Source of the DNA: Narcine bancroftii
Lineage: Eukaryota
Assembly: GCF_036971445.1 (NCBI RefSeq)
Contig: NC_091471.1
Span: 289,106,001-289,170,000, forward strand
Reading direction: 5' to 3'
Length of the DNA stretch: 64,000 bases
This document shows positions 38,898 through 50,400 of the stretch, piece by piece. How positions within the stretch are numbered: position 1 is the stretch's first letter; each line of letters opens with the position of its first letter. Made by a program: the position numbers and the translations under genes. The notes beneath the pieces were generated by a model that worked only from the letters and a program-made list of their open reading frames with translations, ran no database searches and was not told the DNA's origin.

Positions 38898-41479
38898 CCC
38901 TATCGTTTAAATTGACTGAAGACCAGGTTCTGCGATGGAAGAGACCTTGGGTGGAAAGTGAGCTGATCAGCCACTCGTCACTTCTGATTGGACATTGCTG
39001 TGAATGTTTCAACCTTGTCTTTAGCACTTACATACAAAACCCCACCATTTTGCAGCAAGGGGATGTGTTTTGAACCTCCTTCTTCAGTCAACTGTTTAAT
39101 AGTCCACCACCATTCAAAAGAGATACATCTAAAACAAAAGGCCATAGCGGGAGAAAATTAATGGTCAATGGTCAGAAACAATCCTCAAGACAGAGTACAG
39201 AGAAGATATAGGCAATCTAAGGAGGATAGGAGTGGAAGGATTGGGCAGGGGATCGATTCTGTTATTTAATGCCCCAGGACATCCTCACCCACTGTGCTAT
39301 AATTTTGATAATCTGGACTTGAAGATGGCCACTGACACTGATGGACGCAAAGTCCCCCAATTGTGATAGAGGAGTATCCTAATTTACTGTTATAGGGGAA
39401 GTCTCATAAGGGTCCTCCTCAACCACTTTATTTTGTGATCATAGAGCTGCTCACCAAATCACAATGATAGCTGTCCATCCAGAGGCAAAGAAGACATGAT
39501 CTCCTGTGCAACAACTCCAAGGAAAATTTAGAAAGCAGCACCAGTCACCATATATGGCCTTTCTCAATCTCACCAAACCTTTTGACCTCATCAATAAGGA
39601 GGGGCTATGGAACACCATCCACAAAAATGGCTTGCATTGAAATTCTTCACCATCTTACATTTGCTCCACAAAATATCCACAACAGGATCTTTCTTTGTAA
39701 AAATCCATGTGAAATAAAAAGTTGAATTCTTGCCCCAAATTTTACCAATCTTTCTTGCAGCAATGATGCATTTAATCTCCAACAACCTTCATGGAAATTA
39801 AAATACAGAATGAACCTCTCTTTTCTCTACTTTTTGCACTAACTTTTTAAAATGTTAATTTATAGCAATTTTGCACCTGTAATGATACTGCAAAACAACA
39901 AATTTTGTGACATGATTGTGACAATAAATTCTAAATCTGACCCTGATTCTGCTTCAGTGCCTTTCTTTGCCCTCTTCATTTCTACTTTACATTCGGTCTG
40001 TGTGGTGCACTGTTAGCACTCATCAAGTGAGGCTCCAATTTCAGTTACATACAAGCTTCCTTTATATATGCTTCTCTAACGAATGGCAAGGTAACTTTCT
40101 CATTTTCAGGAGCACATTGTCCCTGAGCCTCACCCCATCAGTTTTGAATGATTCTCACTGGTTGAATATTTCTGCTCGATGTCACTCTTTCACGGGCAAT
40201 GGTTCAGTCTTCTATCATTGCAAATCGATCTTCCAACTTCAGCACTGATCATCTTTATCCCTTTCTATAATTCCATTGAAATAATCCCGTCAGCTAAGGG
40301 AAAACTATTACGACGACCACAGCTCTCCAGAACAAACTCAAACAAATCTCAGTATTCAATCTCCTTTGCAGATTTTGCTGGTATTTACAATTACTCAGTG
40401 GATGCCTCAACGTCATGACTGATGCTTTCATTCAGGAATTTGAACCTTGTAGTCAACATACATGAGATAATAATCCTCTATCCACCTTCCAATCCTCAAA
40501 ACAAGACCTCTTTCTACATTTGTGCAACAATGTGTCAGTGAACGCACGTACCAATGATAAAGTGACCACTGCCTTTGATGTGCCAGCATAAATTTTGTTT
40601 GAAAGAGTATTGGAAGAGCAAGGCATCAACCATGGCATGAAGCTCATGGCCCATCAGACACCAATGTTCCTTGCTTACTATCTGCACATGAGACCTGACC
40701 AACTAACACCAGGTATCACTGGGCACAGCACAAAAACCATCATCATTTCCACAAAATACACCCGTCTTCCCAGTCTTTATTGAATGGAGTCCCAAAGGTC
40801 AAAATAGATCATATAAAAAAAAAGTACTTCATTACACCTGCAGTTCAGTGACAATGTTCTTATTTTCTTCTCTGTTTATACACATGCATTTCAAAACTAG
40901 TTTCATGCTTAATTTGGTCTTGATAGAAAGATATATTTCTTGTTCTGGAACCACATAGCTCTTCTACCACATTTGCTCATTTGCTGTGTGACCTTCCTGT
41001 TATCATTTCTCAACAAACTGGCTGAAGCCTCTCATCATGCAGCAGTGAGACTTCCTGTGAGGATTCTAGCCCAAGCTCTGTTGAGGTGCTGGCATTGGGC
41101 TGACTGCATCTCTCCCTGATCTGGTCCCCATCCCCAACTGATCTACCTCCTTTGCTCATGCATCAAACAAATATAAGTTTCCATGATCTTCCCTTTCTCC
41201 AAACCCTCTGGAGTGAAGCAGGGAAGTAATGCAGGGATGACCATGGCAGTGTTCAAGGCATTTCACAATAAACACATTAATAAGTAGGGAATAACATGAT
41301 ATGTATCTTGTAATGCAGCAGAATTTGAGTTTAATTTGTGGATCCTGTATGCCACATGTATCATGACCAGAAGGGCCCATTCCTGTGTTGCACCATGTTC
41401 TATGTTTTCTATACCATCACTGATCTTCCATTTTAATCTCCTCACTACCTTCATGAATTCTGGCAGTTTGGAAATATGC

Positions 41480-41792
41480 AGTCCAGAAACAAGCCCATTG
41501 GCCCATTGGGTTCAACAAGAACATACTTACACAAACCCTCAATAAATCTCATTTCATTTTCACCTCATTCCTTCAACTTCCTGCACATCCCACTGATCAT
41601 CCTTGGACTGGGAATAACTTGGAGCAGTGAATCCTGGGATGTGGGAGCAAACTGGAGCAGCTGAAGGAAATGCACACAGTCACAGGGAGAATTTGTAAAC
41701 TCAGTGCAAACATCACTGTATTTTAAGGTTTGATTCTGGGTCACTGTAACGGTGAGCTAGTGTCTCCATCAGCTGTGTCACTGCACCACCTC
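41480..41792 (-). mobile_element. Degenerate tRNA-derived SINE
   Basis: Minus-strand head GGTGGTGCAGTGACACAGCTG..GACCCAGAATCAAA followed by a body resembling other SINE pieces in the window. Confidence 0.45.
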
Positions 41793-42110
41793 GGACCTTG
41801 TTACCTTTCTACCTATGTGGTTGATACTGATATTCCAAGAGCATTACCCCAGACGCTGCTATTCCAGGCAACCCGAGAATATGGCTGTCATTGGCAAGGA
41901 AATGGGTGAGCTCATTCTATTGGTGGTTGTAAATCACTCCTCGTATAGAAGGTCAGGGCATGGGGTGGGAATGGAAACATTGGGTAAAGATGGGAGGTTT
42001 CCCCATGCAATGGGAGAATAACATTTTCCAATATTTCCTGTAGTTCCACGATTCACACAATGAGACCAGATGTCTTCCTCACATTTCGTTTGAATTGAAC
42101 TCCTCAAAGA

Positions 42111-42179
42111 AGCTCTGCCAGCTCCGTGGTTGGAGCACTGTCTTGTAAATCAGGGGTTGTGAATTCCTCGCTGGGGCCT
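42111..42179 (+). pseudogene. tRNA-Thr(TGT) pseudogene
   Basis: AGCTCTGCCAGCTCCGTGGTTGGAGCACTG-TCTTGTAAATCAGGGGTTGTGAATTC-----CTCGCTGGGGCCT aligns end to end with vertebrate tRNA-Thr(TGT) as recalled. It has deletions in the anticodon stem and T-loop. Confidence 0.75.
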
Positions 42180-42790
42180 CATTTTTGTGATGTAGCAACT
42201 CTCCATCTTTCTTACAGTAGAGAAAGTTAAAGAATTTCATGTGTGTCACATTCTAAATGTAGTATGATATGACAATAATGGAACTTGTTCTTTTAATCTT
42301 TACAATTGTGTTTGAGCCCAATGTCTGAATTATTCATGTGGGAAGGGTCATTGGTCATGGTCACAGACTGCGTAAAGACAGGATGTTTCACCCCCAAACG
42401 GTTAATGAAAATCCCAGAGATTGCCACAACCCCACAAGTCACTCTTACTGAAATCATATTTCATTCCCCTCTTCAGACTGAATTGAAATCTTCCACTCAC
42501 AGTATCAGTATGGGTTTGCACCAAGTATCTGAACTATTCACATAGGAAGCCGGCAATGCCCCACCTTATTATCACTGGAGGTGTGAGGGGCATCTCTGGG
42601 TGAGGGATGGAGAGCGGTATTCAGCGGAATCAGCGAAATGCAGGGAGAAAGTGGGAAATTTCAGACAATGAACCTTGTTTCCCCACATCTGTCGGATGTT
42701 GACCGTGTCACCGCCTCCAGCGGACGGCAACTGACGGCGAATGGGAGGGTTTCAGGTCCTTCCTCTGGTTGGTCAGTGTGACTTGCTCCG

Positions 42791-42798
42791 ATTTGCAT
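42791..42798 (+). promoter_or_regulatory. Ig light-chain promoter octamer ATTTGCAT
   Basis: Perfect octamer in the light-chain orientation, 120 bp upstream of the leader ATG. Confidence 0.9.
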
Positions 42799-42825
42799 GG
42801 ATTTCCTTCCCGGTGCCAATGTCTC

Positions 42826-42830
42826 TATAA
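42826..42830 (+). promoter_or_regulatory. TATA-like box (TATAA)
   Basis: ~28 bp downstream of the octamer and upstream of ATG 42911. Confidence 0.65.
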
Positions 42831-42910
42831 GTGGGTTCCATCCGCAGCGTCGCCACAGTCTGTCCCAGACACAGCGGTGAAGGGAGGCAGGAAGGTGACG
42901 GGCAGCAACG

Positions 42911-42956
42911 ATGCGGACGCTGTGTTTTCTCTGGTCTCTGGCGCTGTGGCTGGGCT
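42911..42956 (+). CDS. Ig light chain exon 1: leader peptide MRTLCFLWSLALWLG
   Basis: Hydrophobic leader. Phase-1 donor GTAAGT at 42957, a 104-bp intron, and acceptor TCTTTTTCAG at 43051-43060. Confidence 0.9.
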
Positions 42957-43060
42957 GTAAGTACAGGCGGCAACTCTGCCCCGCCAGCGGTTTCTGATGT
43001 GGGCTCTCGGGCTCGCAGTAAAGAGTCACTGATTAATGTGGAATTGCTGCTCTTTTTCAG

Positions 43061-43417
43061 CTGGAAACTCGCAGACTCTGTCTCAACCTCCGAGCGTGTC
43101 CGTGAATGCGGGATCCAGCGCCACGCTGGAATGTAACATCGGGACGAAGGACGGCTATGCTGTTGGCTTCTACAAACAGACTCCGGGAACACATCCGCAG
43201 TTGGTCCTCTATCACTATCACTCCTGGAGTTCCCCGAGCTACGGACCCGGATTCAACAGCAACCGTTTCACAGCGAATCGCAACAGCGCGGCCACCGTTT
43301 ACCGGTTGATCATCAACCAGGTGGAGGTGAATGACGCCGCCGTCTATTACTGCGGGAAGTGGTTTTCGACGAGCAATACTTTTGTGTTCGGCCCAGGGAC
43401 CAAACTCTTCGTTACAG
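43061..43417 (+). CDS. Ig light chain exon 2: germline-joined V-J (sigma-like V)
   Basis: SGNS-QTLSQPPSVSV..ATLEC..FYKQTPG..HSWSSPSYGPGF..RFT..DAAVYYC-GKWFSTSNTFV-FGPGTKLFVT in one open frame with no RSS. Phase-1 donor GTAAGT at 43418. Confidence 0.95.
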
Positions 43418-43739
43418 GTAAGTGTCCGGCAACATCCTCCTGCCATGACCGACGGCTCTACTCCAGACCCAGGTCAATGAATCAGTTCTAGGTTGTCACC
43501 TCCTGAAAATGTTGATTTACAAACGGATCCTATTCCGTGTCCAGCGCCAGTTCGACTCCATGGGGTTTGGTGAATTGTCACCGACATTTAATGACAACTT
43601 TTCGTGGACAGTTGAGATTTTCTAATAACCCTTAAATGGACCCGTTCTGCTAATTAATGCTCTTTCTGGGGTCCTTTTGTCCTATCCCTGAGAAGTCATT
43701 CATATTGTCGAACAGTGCGGCACCAAAACAGGCGCCAAA

Positions 43740-44460
43740 TGAAACAGAATCTGCACTCGATCCGTGTCGTCCCTCCATTCCTGGCCTTTTGTGTCTCTCT
43801 GAACCCCCCGCCCCCTTTAGCATTCGCGATGTATCTGTTTCTCACCATCCCGGGCCCCGCGTTCCAGACACCTGCCACCCTGTAAATATAAACTTGCCCA
43901 GTACAACTCCTCAAATAGCCACCCCTCACTTTAAATAGATGTCCTCTTATTTTACCCAGGGAAAGAGATCCCATTAACCAACCTCCCTGTACCTCTCCGT
44001 TTTATCTCGCAAGCAGAAGAGAGCAAAAGAAAGGCAACTTTGTCCCATCTCTCGTCGCTCAGAATTTCTAATTCAGGCTGGATCTTGGGAAATATTTTCT
44101 GCCCCCTCTTCCAACACACCCACATCCTGCCTGTGCGAGGAAAATTGCACACAGTCCTCCCCAAAGCGGGAAACATGACTTCCCCACACCTCTCGACCGA
44201 TGAAGGCAGCCTGCCACATGTCCTCGCCGCCACCCGATCCACCTGCAGGGCCACTTTCAGCCAACTGTGAATTGCACCCTCACATCCTTCTGGACATCCT
44301 CGCGGTTAAAAGCCCCGTCATTGACTGTATACGTTTGACCCTCCAATGTGCCAAATCTCCCAGCTGTTTGGATTAAACTGGATCTGCCATTTCTCCGCCC
44401 GCATCTGTAACTCGTGCGTCCTGTTCCATCATTGAGTTGAACTCTCAGCAACTCGGAATC
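43740..44460 (-). mobile_element. CR1 LINE remnant in the J-C intron
   Basis: HLFKVRGG, RVAGVWN, QVDRVA and FNREDVQ-type CR1 3' ORF2 pieces. Confidence 0.65.
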
Positions 44461-45485
44461 TACCCATCATCCTCAAACCTCCCTCTATCGTTATAGAGAG
44501 GCACACTGCAGGTTTGAATGAGTTCCCGTGGATTCTTTCCCGTTAGTTTGTCGGCTTTCCTGCTGGTTCGGTTCAAGTGTGTGCACGCGGTGACGCTTTT
44601 CTAAAGTGTCCGAAAGACCATGTCGATTGAAGACTGGCCACGGTCAGCAACACAGATGAAGGATGCGCTTTCAGTTGTTGCGCTGGGTCCCTCCAGCGAA
44701 ACCTCCCTCAGACTTGCAGCGAATCTCCAGTCGTCGCAGTGACGATGGGAGTCTGCTGCAGGTTCCCACCCAATAAAAATGTCTCTCCTTCCCCTGTATT
44801 TCTCTCCTCCTGCCATCTATTCCATTGGGATCTCCTTCTTTCGTCCACTCAGCGATTCACGTCGCTGCACCATTTGAGGCCGTAGGTCGGGCTGTGGGGA
44901 GAATCCCGCATCCTCTGGTCCCACAGTGAGTGCGACTTGAATCCCGAGACGTGATCACATGGCGACCGTGAAGCTCAGGACCGCGCATCTGGCGTCGTCG
45001 CCCACCGGGCAGGTCGGGGGGAGGGAGGGGGAGAGGGGTTGATTCGCGCTCTCACCTTGGGTGGCTCAGTGGGGGCACTAGTGAAGGGTGGGGCGAGCGA
45101 AGGGCCGCTTCCGACCACTGGTTGATGCTCTGAAGTTGGATAATGGTTCCTTTCCGTCACTGACCAGAGGTGCTGAGGCCACGTGAAGCGACCCTGAGGA
45201 AGTCTCCTGCTGTTTATGTGAGACAGGTCGGGATGGGCCCTGGGAGGTGGCAGCGCAGTGACCCAGAGGGTTGTTTTGTGAACCAGGGAGTCACTAAAAG
45301 AATCAGAAAACAAAACGTTCAATGATAACTTGCAAACGGACTCGTCCATGGACCCTTCCCGGCCCATCGGTGAGACCCTGGGCCCCACTCTAGGAAGCTG
45401 GAACCTTTCACTCGCGCTTGTGCCAAATTCTAAAATTAGCCGAGTTCTTCCGTGACCTGAAATGTTTCTCTTGTTCCCATTTCAG

Positions 45486-45808
45486 CGGAGAATCTCCCCG
45501 AACCTTCAGTGAAACTGCTCGGGCCGTCATCCGAGGAGATCTCCGCTCAAGGAGCGGGCACCTTGGTTTGCCTGGTCAGTAAACTGTCGCTGGGCTTCCC
45601 CGCCGTCAGCTGGACCGTGGACGGGAGTCCGGCGAGGACGGGGGTGGAAACCAGCCCGGCGATGCGGAACAAGGACAACACCTTCAGTCTCAGCAGCTAC
45701 CTGAAGGTGCCCGGCACAGACTGGAGCAGTGGCAAGGTGTACTCCTGCACGGTTCAACAAGGAGCTGCCTCGGCAACGTCCGCTACAGTCGCACAATCCA
45801 GCTGCTGA
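45486..45808 (+). CDS. Ig light chain exon 3: constant (C1-set) domain
   Basis: Acceptor TTTCAG ends at 45485. (A)ENLPEPSVKLLGPSSEE..TLVCLV..VSWTVDG..TFSLSSYL..W..YSCTV..QSSC*, with a terminal Cys. The spliced CDS is 726 nt, giving 241 aa. Confidence 0.95.
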
Positions 45809-46140
45809 ACAGAGCGCGGCCTCGGGCGCCTTCGCTCCCTGATGAACGGGAGATTACTGCCTTGTATCTTTCAGCCGCTCCCCGCTCTGCGCGCTCGCTC
45901 TTCACTGTATTCTCTGCTTCTGTTTCACCTCCTGTGGTTTACACTGTGTGAGATGAGTATTTGTTCCCGAAGTTGCTCCCCTCGAGGGGCTGCACGGGAT
46001 GAAAGTGACCAGCCACTTGGTTCAATGAGACATTCCAGTTGGTGAACGGTTTCCTCTTGCACCATGGGTGAATTTAACATCATAAATGAATGATTTTATA
46101 ATTGGTTATTAGCGTCAGACCGAGAGACTGTAACGGTCCC

Positions 46141-46146
46141 AATAAA
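46141..46146 (+). terminator. Probable polyadenylation signal of the IgL gene
   Basis: First AATAAA seen after the stop codon (~330 nt downstream), followed by GT-rich sequence. Confidence 0.6.
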
Positions 46147-46561
46147 GAGGCGCAGTGCAGGAATGGTTTCCGTGTGTGGCTCTCGTTACCTTGTGCACTC
46201 TTGGCTCTTCCGTGCGGTGACCGGGTGGGACGTGAGAGGAGACTCGTCTCCCTGCTCGGGTTGGAGTCCTGGTTCCGTGAAGTGAGAGGAGATTGCTCTT
46301 TTCCAGCAGTCTCGGGCATGGAAAATCAGGAAGGAACGTGCGCCAGTTCGGTTGTTGAGAGACTGGAATCCATCGGGGACAAGGATGTGGGTTGGTAGGA
46401 TCGCAATGACGATGAAATTCCATCCAAACACTTGGGGCTGGTGAGGAATAATAAATACAACAGTTGCTGGAAATATTCAGGTGGTCAGGCAGCATCCGGG
46501 GTGAGAGGGAAAAGAGGTTTAACATTGTGGGCCAAGAACGTTTCACCAGAACTGACCAATT

Positions 46562-47455
46562 CTGACACAAACTGACCCAGCAGCAATGAAAATTCACCAA
46601 GAAAACGGTTACTTAAACAAAAGTTACTTTTCATTTTCTTGAAACATAAAAACAGGATCAAACTTTAACGTAACCTCACTTAACTCCCTTCTAATTCGCA
46701 CATGTGTATTTAATGTTCAGGAAAGTTCTTTGAATCACAGTCCAATCTCACTTCTCACTCCTCCACTGTTCACTGGTATCAGGCAATTCTTATACTGTGC
46801 AAAGAATTTAACAGTTATGAATTTTCGCCAAGCTCCTGTGCCTAAATGGAATTGGTTACCACTCAGGAAGGCTCTTGTTAGTTTCAGAGAGATTTGTTGC
46901 TCATTGGACACACACAAACTGATTCCCTCTGATCAGCCATATCAGTGTCTTGCCAAAGAAACTTGCCTGATTAGGGTTTTCCAAATGATAACCTCTTCTT
47001 CCAGGTCACCACAGAGTTCCTCTTGTTTCCCTTCTTTCAGGAGAAACACCCTGGCCACCCATTTCCTCTTGTAAGGACAACAAGGAACTCTGAACTCACA
47101 ACCCATCTTCAAAATGGGGTTTTCCCAGCCACCTTCCAAAAGTCACTCCAGAAGTTAGTTCTCTCTCTTTCTGCTTGTAAAAACCAGAACCTTTTGCAGG
47201 GCCAACCCAATACTTCAAAGATCATGATCACCACTTTGATCAGGGACTGTTTATTTGCACCTGCTTTTTAAAAATTCCTTCCAAAACAGTCCCATGTCTT
47301 TTGCAAAGCCACTGGTGCCTGAATGACAGGCTTCAGCTAAACTCTTGCATTTTAAATAAGAGGTGTATTGTTATCTTGTTTGTGGTGACCTTCATTAAAC
47401 TCCCACAATCTATCTCTTTTCAAAGCACATTTATATATAATTTAAACCACAACAC
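46562..47455 (-). mobile_element. Probable solo LTR
   Basis: ~900-bp non-coding block with TG...CA ends between a Penelope-tail fragment and a CR1 end. Boundaries approximate; no TSD confirmed. Confidence 0.35.
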
Positions 47456-47494
47456 AATAGAAGGGGTTTTGTCTGATCACCTCACATATAACTA

Positions 47495-50400
47495 ATTACA
47501 GCACAGACACAGGCTAGTTTGGCCATACTAGTCCATGCTGAACATCATCTCTTACCTAGTCCCACTGACCTGCATTTGGTCCATAATCCTCCACTCCTTT
47601 CCCTTGAATATTAACATCGATCTTGCTTCTACCGTCACTGCTGGAAGTTATATCCATGATGCACCACCCTCTGGGTGAAGTAATACCCCCTTAGATTTCC
47701 ATTAAACTTTTCCTCTTTTGCTCTCAGTCCATGCCCTCTCCCCAACTCTCAGTGGCAAAACCCAATTGACATTGATTCTATCCATCCCCCTTATAATTTG
47801 GAATACCTCTATCAAATCACCCCTCAACCTTCTACTCTCCCGAGAATAAACTCCCAGCCTGTTCAACATTCCCTGTAACTCAAACCCTGAAACCTCTGGA
47901 ACATTCTTGTCAATCACCTCTGCACTCTCTACTGTTTATATCTTTTCTGTAATTCGGCGACCAAAACTGCATGCAGCAATCCAAATTTGGCCTCAGCAAT
48001 GCCTTATACAATTTCAACATAACATTCCAATTGCAGTCTTTTATACTCTGACTTGTGAAAGCCAACATACTAAATGCTTTCTTCACCACCCTATCCACAT
48101 GTGATTCAACTTTCAGAGAATTATGTACCATGACTCCTAAATCCCTTTGTACCACTACATTCCTCAATTGTCTACCATTTAACATGAATATCCTATTTTG
48201 ATTAGTCCTACCAAAATGTAGCACCTCACATTTATCAGTATTAAACTCCATCTGCCATCTTCCAGCCCACTCTTCTAACTGTCCTATATCACCCAACTTT
48301 CATAATCTTCCTCACTGTCCACATCACCACCAACCTTAGTATCATCTGCTAATTTACTAATCCAATTTTTCACCCTATCATCTAGATCATTAACATATAT
48401 ATAACAAACAGCAGTGGACCCAGTAATGATCCCTGAAACTCTCCGCTCAATACCAGCCTCCAATTCAACAAACAATTTTCCACCACTATTCTCTGGCATC
48501 TCCCCAAACCACTCTTAAAACCATTTCACTACTTCATCATCAATACCTAATGCTCACACTTTCCTTACTAAATTCTTATGGAGAACCTTAACAAAAGCCT
48601 TACTAAAGCCCAAACAGACAAAATCCTCCACCTTCCCCTTATCAACCTTTTTAGTAACCTCCACGAAAAACTCTAAGATTTGTTGGGCATGATCTACCAC
48701 GTACAAAACCATGCTGAATACTCCGAATCAATCGCTGTCTTTCCAAATAGCTGTATATACCATCTCTTAAGAATACCTTCCATTAATTTACCCACCACTG
48801 ACATCAGTCTTACAGGCCTTTAATTACCAGGTTTTCTTTTGGATCCTTTTTTGAACAGCAGAACCACAAGCGCCTCCCTCCAGTCCTCTGGCATTTACCC
48901 GTAGTCAGTCAAATATTAGTATTCCTGTCAATGCCCCCACTATTTGTTCAATAACCACCCTTAGGATCCTAGGGAATATTTTGTCAAGACCTGGAGATTT
49001 ATCCTCCTTGATCTTTTTCAATATAACCTCAGTATTTCTTATATTATCCCTGACCTCCCTACTATATTTCTTCACATCATCTGGCTCAATATTTTTTCCT
49101 TAGTGAATAATGAAGAAATAAAATAGTTTAAAATTGCACCCATCTCCTCTGGCTTCTCCCAGAGCCTTCCCCCCTCATCTTCAAGGAGTCCAATTTTATC
49201 CCTCACTATTCTTTTACTTTTAATGTACCTATAGAAACACTTTGGATCTATTTTCACTTTTCCTGCCAAAGGAGCTTCATATCTCCTTTTAGCCATTCTC
49301 ATTTCCTTCTTAAGATTTTTCTTTACCTTCCTTATATTCCTCAAGCAGTTTGTCCCTTCTTGCTGTTTATACCTGTTTCTACACATCCCCTTTCCTCCAA
49401 ACAAGATTTCTTAAGCTACCTACAGTTTCTAACCTTTCCTTTAATCCTCTCAGGGACAGACCAACTCTACACTCTCAGAACTTCTCCTTTGATTATCCTC
49501 CATTTATCAGCTACATTCCACACCCTCAAAATCTTTTCTCATCCCCTTGAAATTTGTTTTCTTTCAATCAAGAATCTCAACCTTTGGCCCACCTCTATTC
49601 TTTTCCATTACTAGGCTAAACCTAGACCCAAAATATTCCCCAATACAAGCCTCTGTCACTTGACCTACCTCATTCCCTAATAGGAATCCAATACTGCCCT
49701 TTCTCGAGTCACCTCTGCTACGTATTGATTCAGAAAACTGTCCTGAACACATTTAACAAACTCTACCCCATTCAGCCATCTTACTGTTTGGGCATCCCAG
49801 TTAATGTTCAGAAAGCTGAAATCTCCCACAACTACCACCTTATGTTCATTACACATATATGCAACCTCGTTACAAATTTGCTCCTCTAATTCCCTCAGCC
49901 CATTCGGTGTTTATAATACACTCCCATTAATGTATTCATGCCTCTGCCATTCCTCAATTCCACCCAAATAGCCCCACCAGATGATCCCACCAAATCATCC
50001 TGTCACAGCACTGCTGTAATGTTCTCTAATAAGCAATGCAACTCCTCCACATTTTATCCCCCCCTCCCCGCACTATCACGCCCAAAACAACAGAATCTGG
50101 AATATTTAACAGCCAAACATGCTCTTCCTGCAACCAAGTTTCACTGATGACCACAATATTGTATTTTTTCCATGTGGCCATCCATGCCTTAAGCTCATCC
50201 TCCTTATTTACAATAATCCTTGCATTAAAATTTATGCACTTGATAAACTGTCCTCCACATATATTCCTTTTGTTACCAATTATACTTACCTTACTCCCTT
50301 CTTTATTTATATTTTCATCTGTTCCCTCCATTCCTTCCAATCTAGGTGTTCTTCCATCTGCTCTCTGTACTCTCATTCTGATTCCCACAGCCCCCCTCCC

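Larger units (their letters stand above)
31090..41150. repeat. Right arm of the large inverted segmental duplication
   Basis: Collinear reverse complement of 9650-17850, with arm-specific insertions. Confidence 0.88.

Noticed and set aside
43036-43491. ORF-track 151-aa single-exon protein
   Set aside because: Its start and tail are intronic. The real CDS is spliced at 43061 and 43417.
44922-44950. CACAGTG heptamer in the J-C intron (others at ~14233, ~15316, ~29797, ~38398)
   Set aside because: No ACAAAAACC-like nonamer was seen at 12 or 23 bp spacing, so these are not supportable RSSs.
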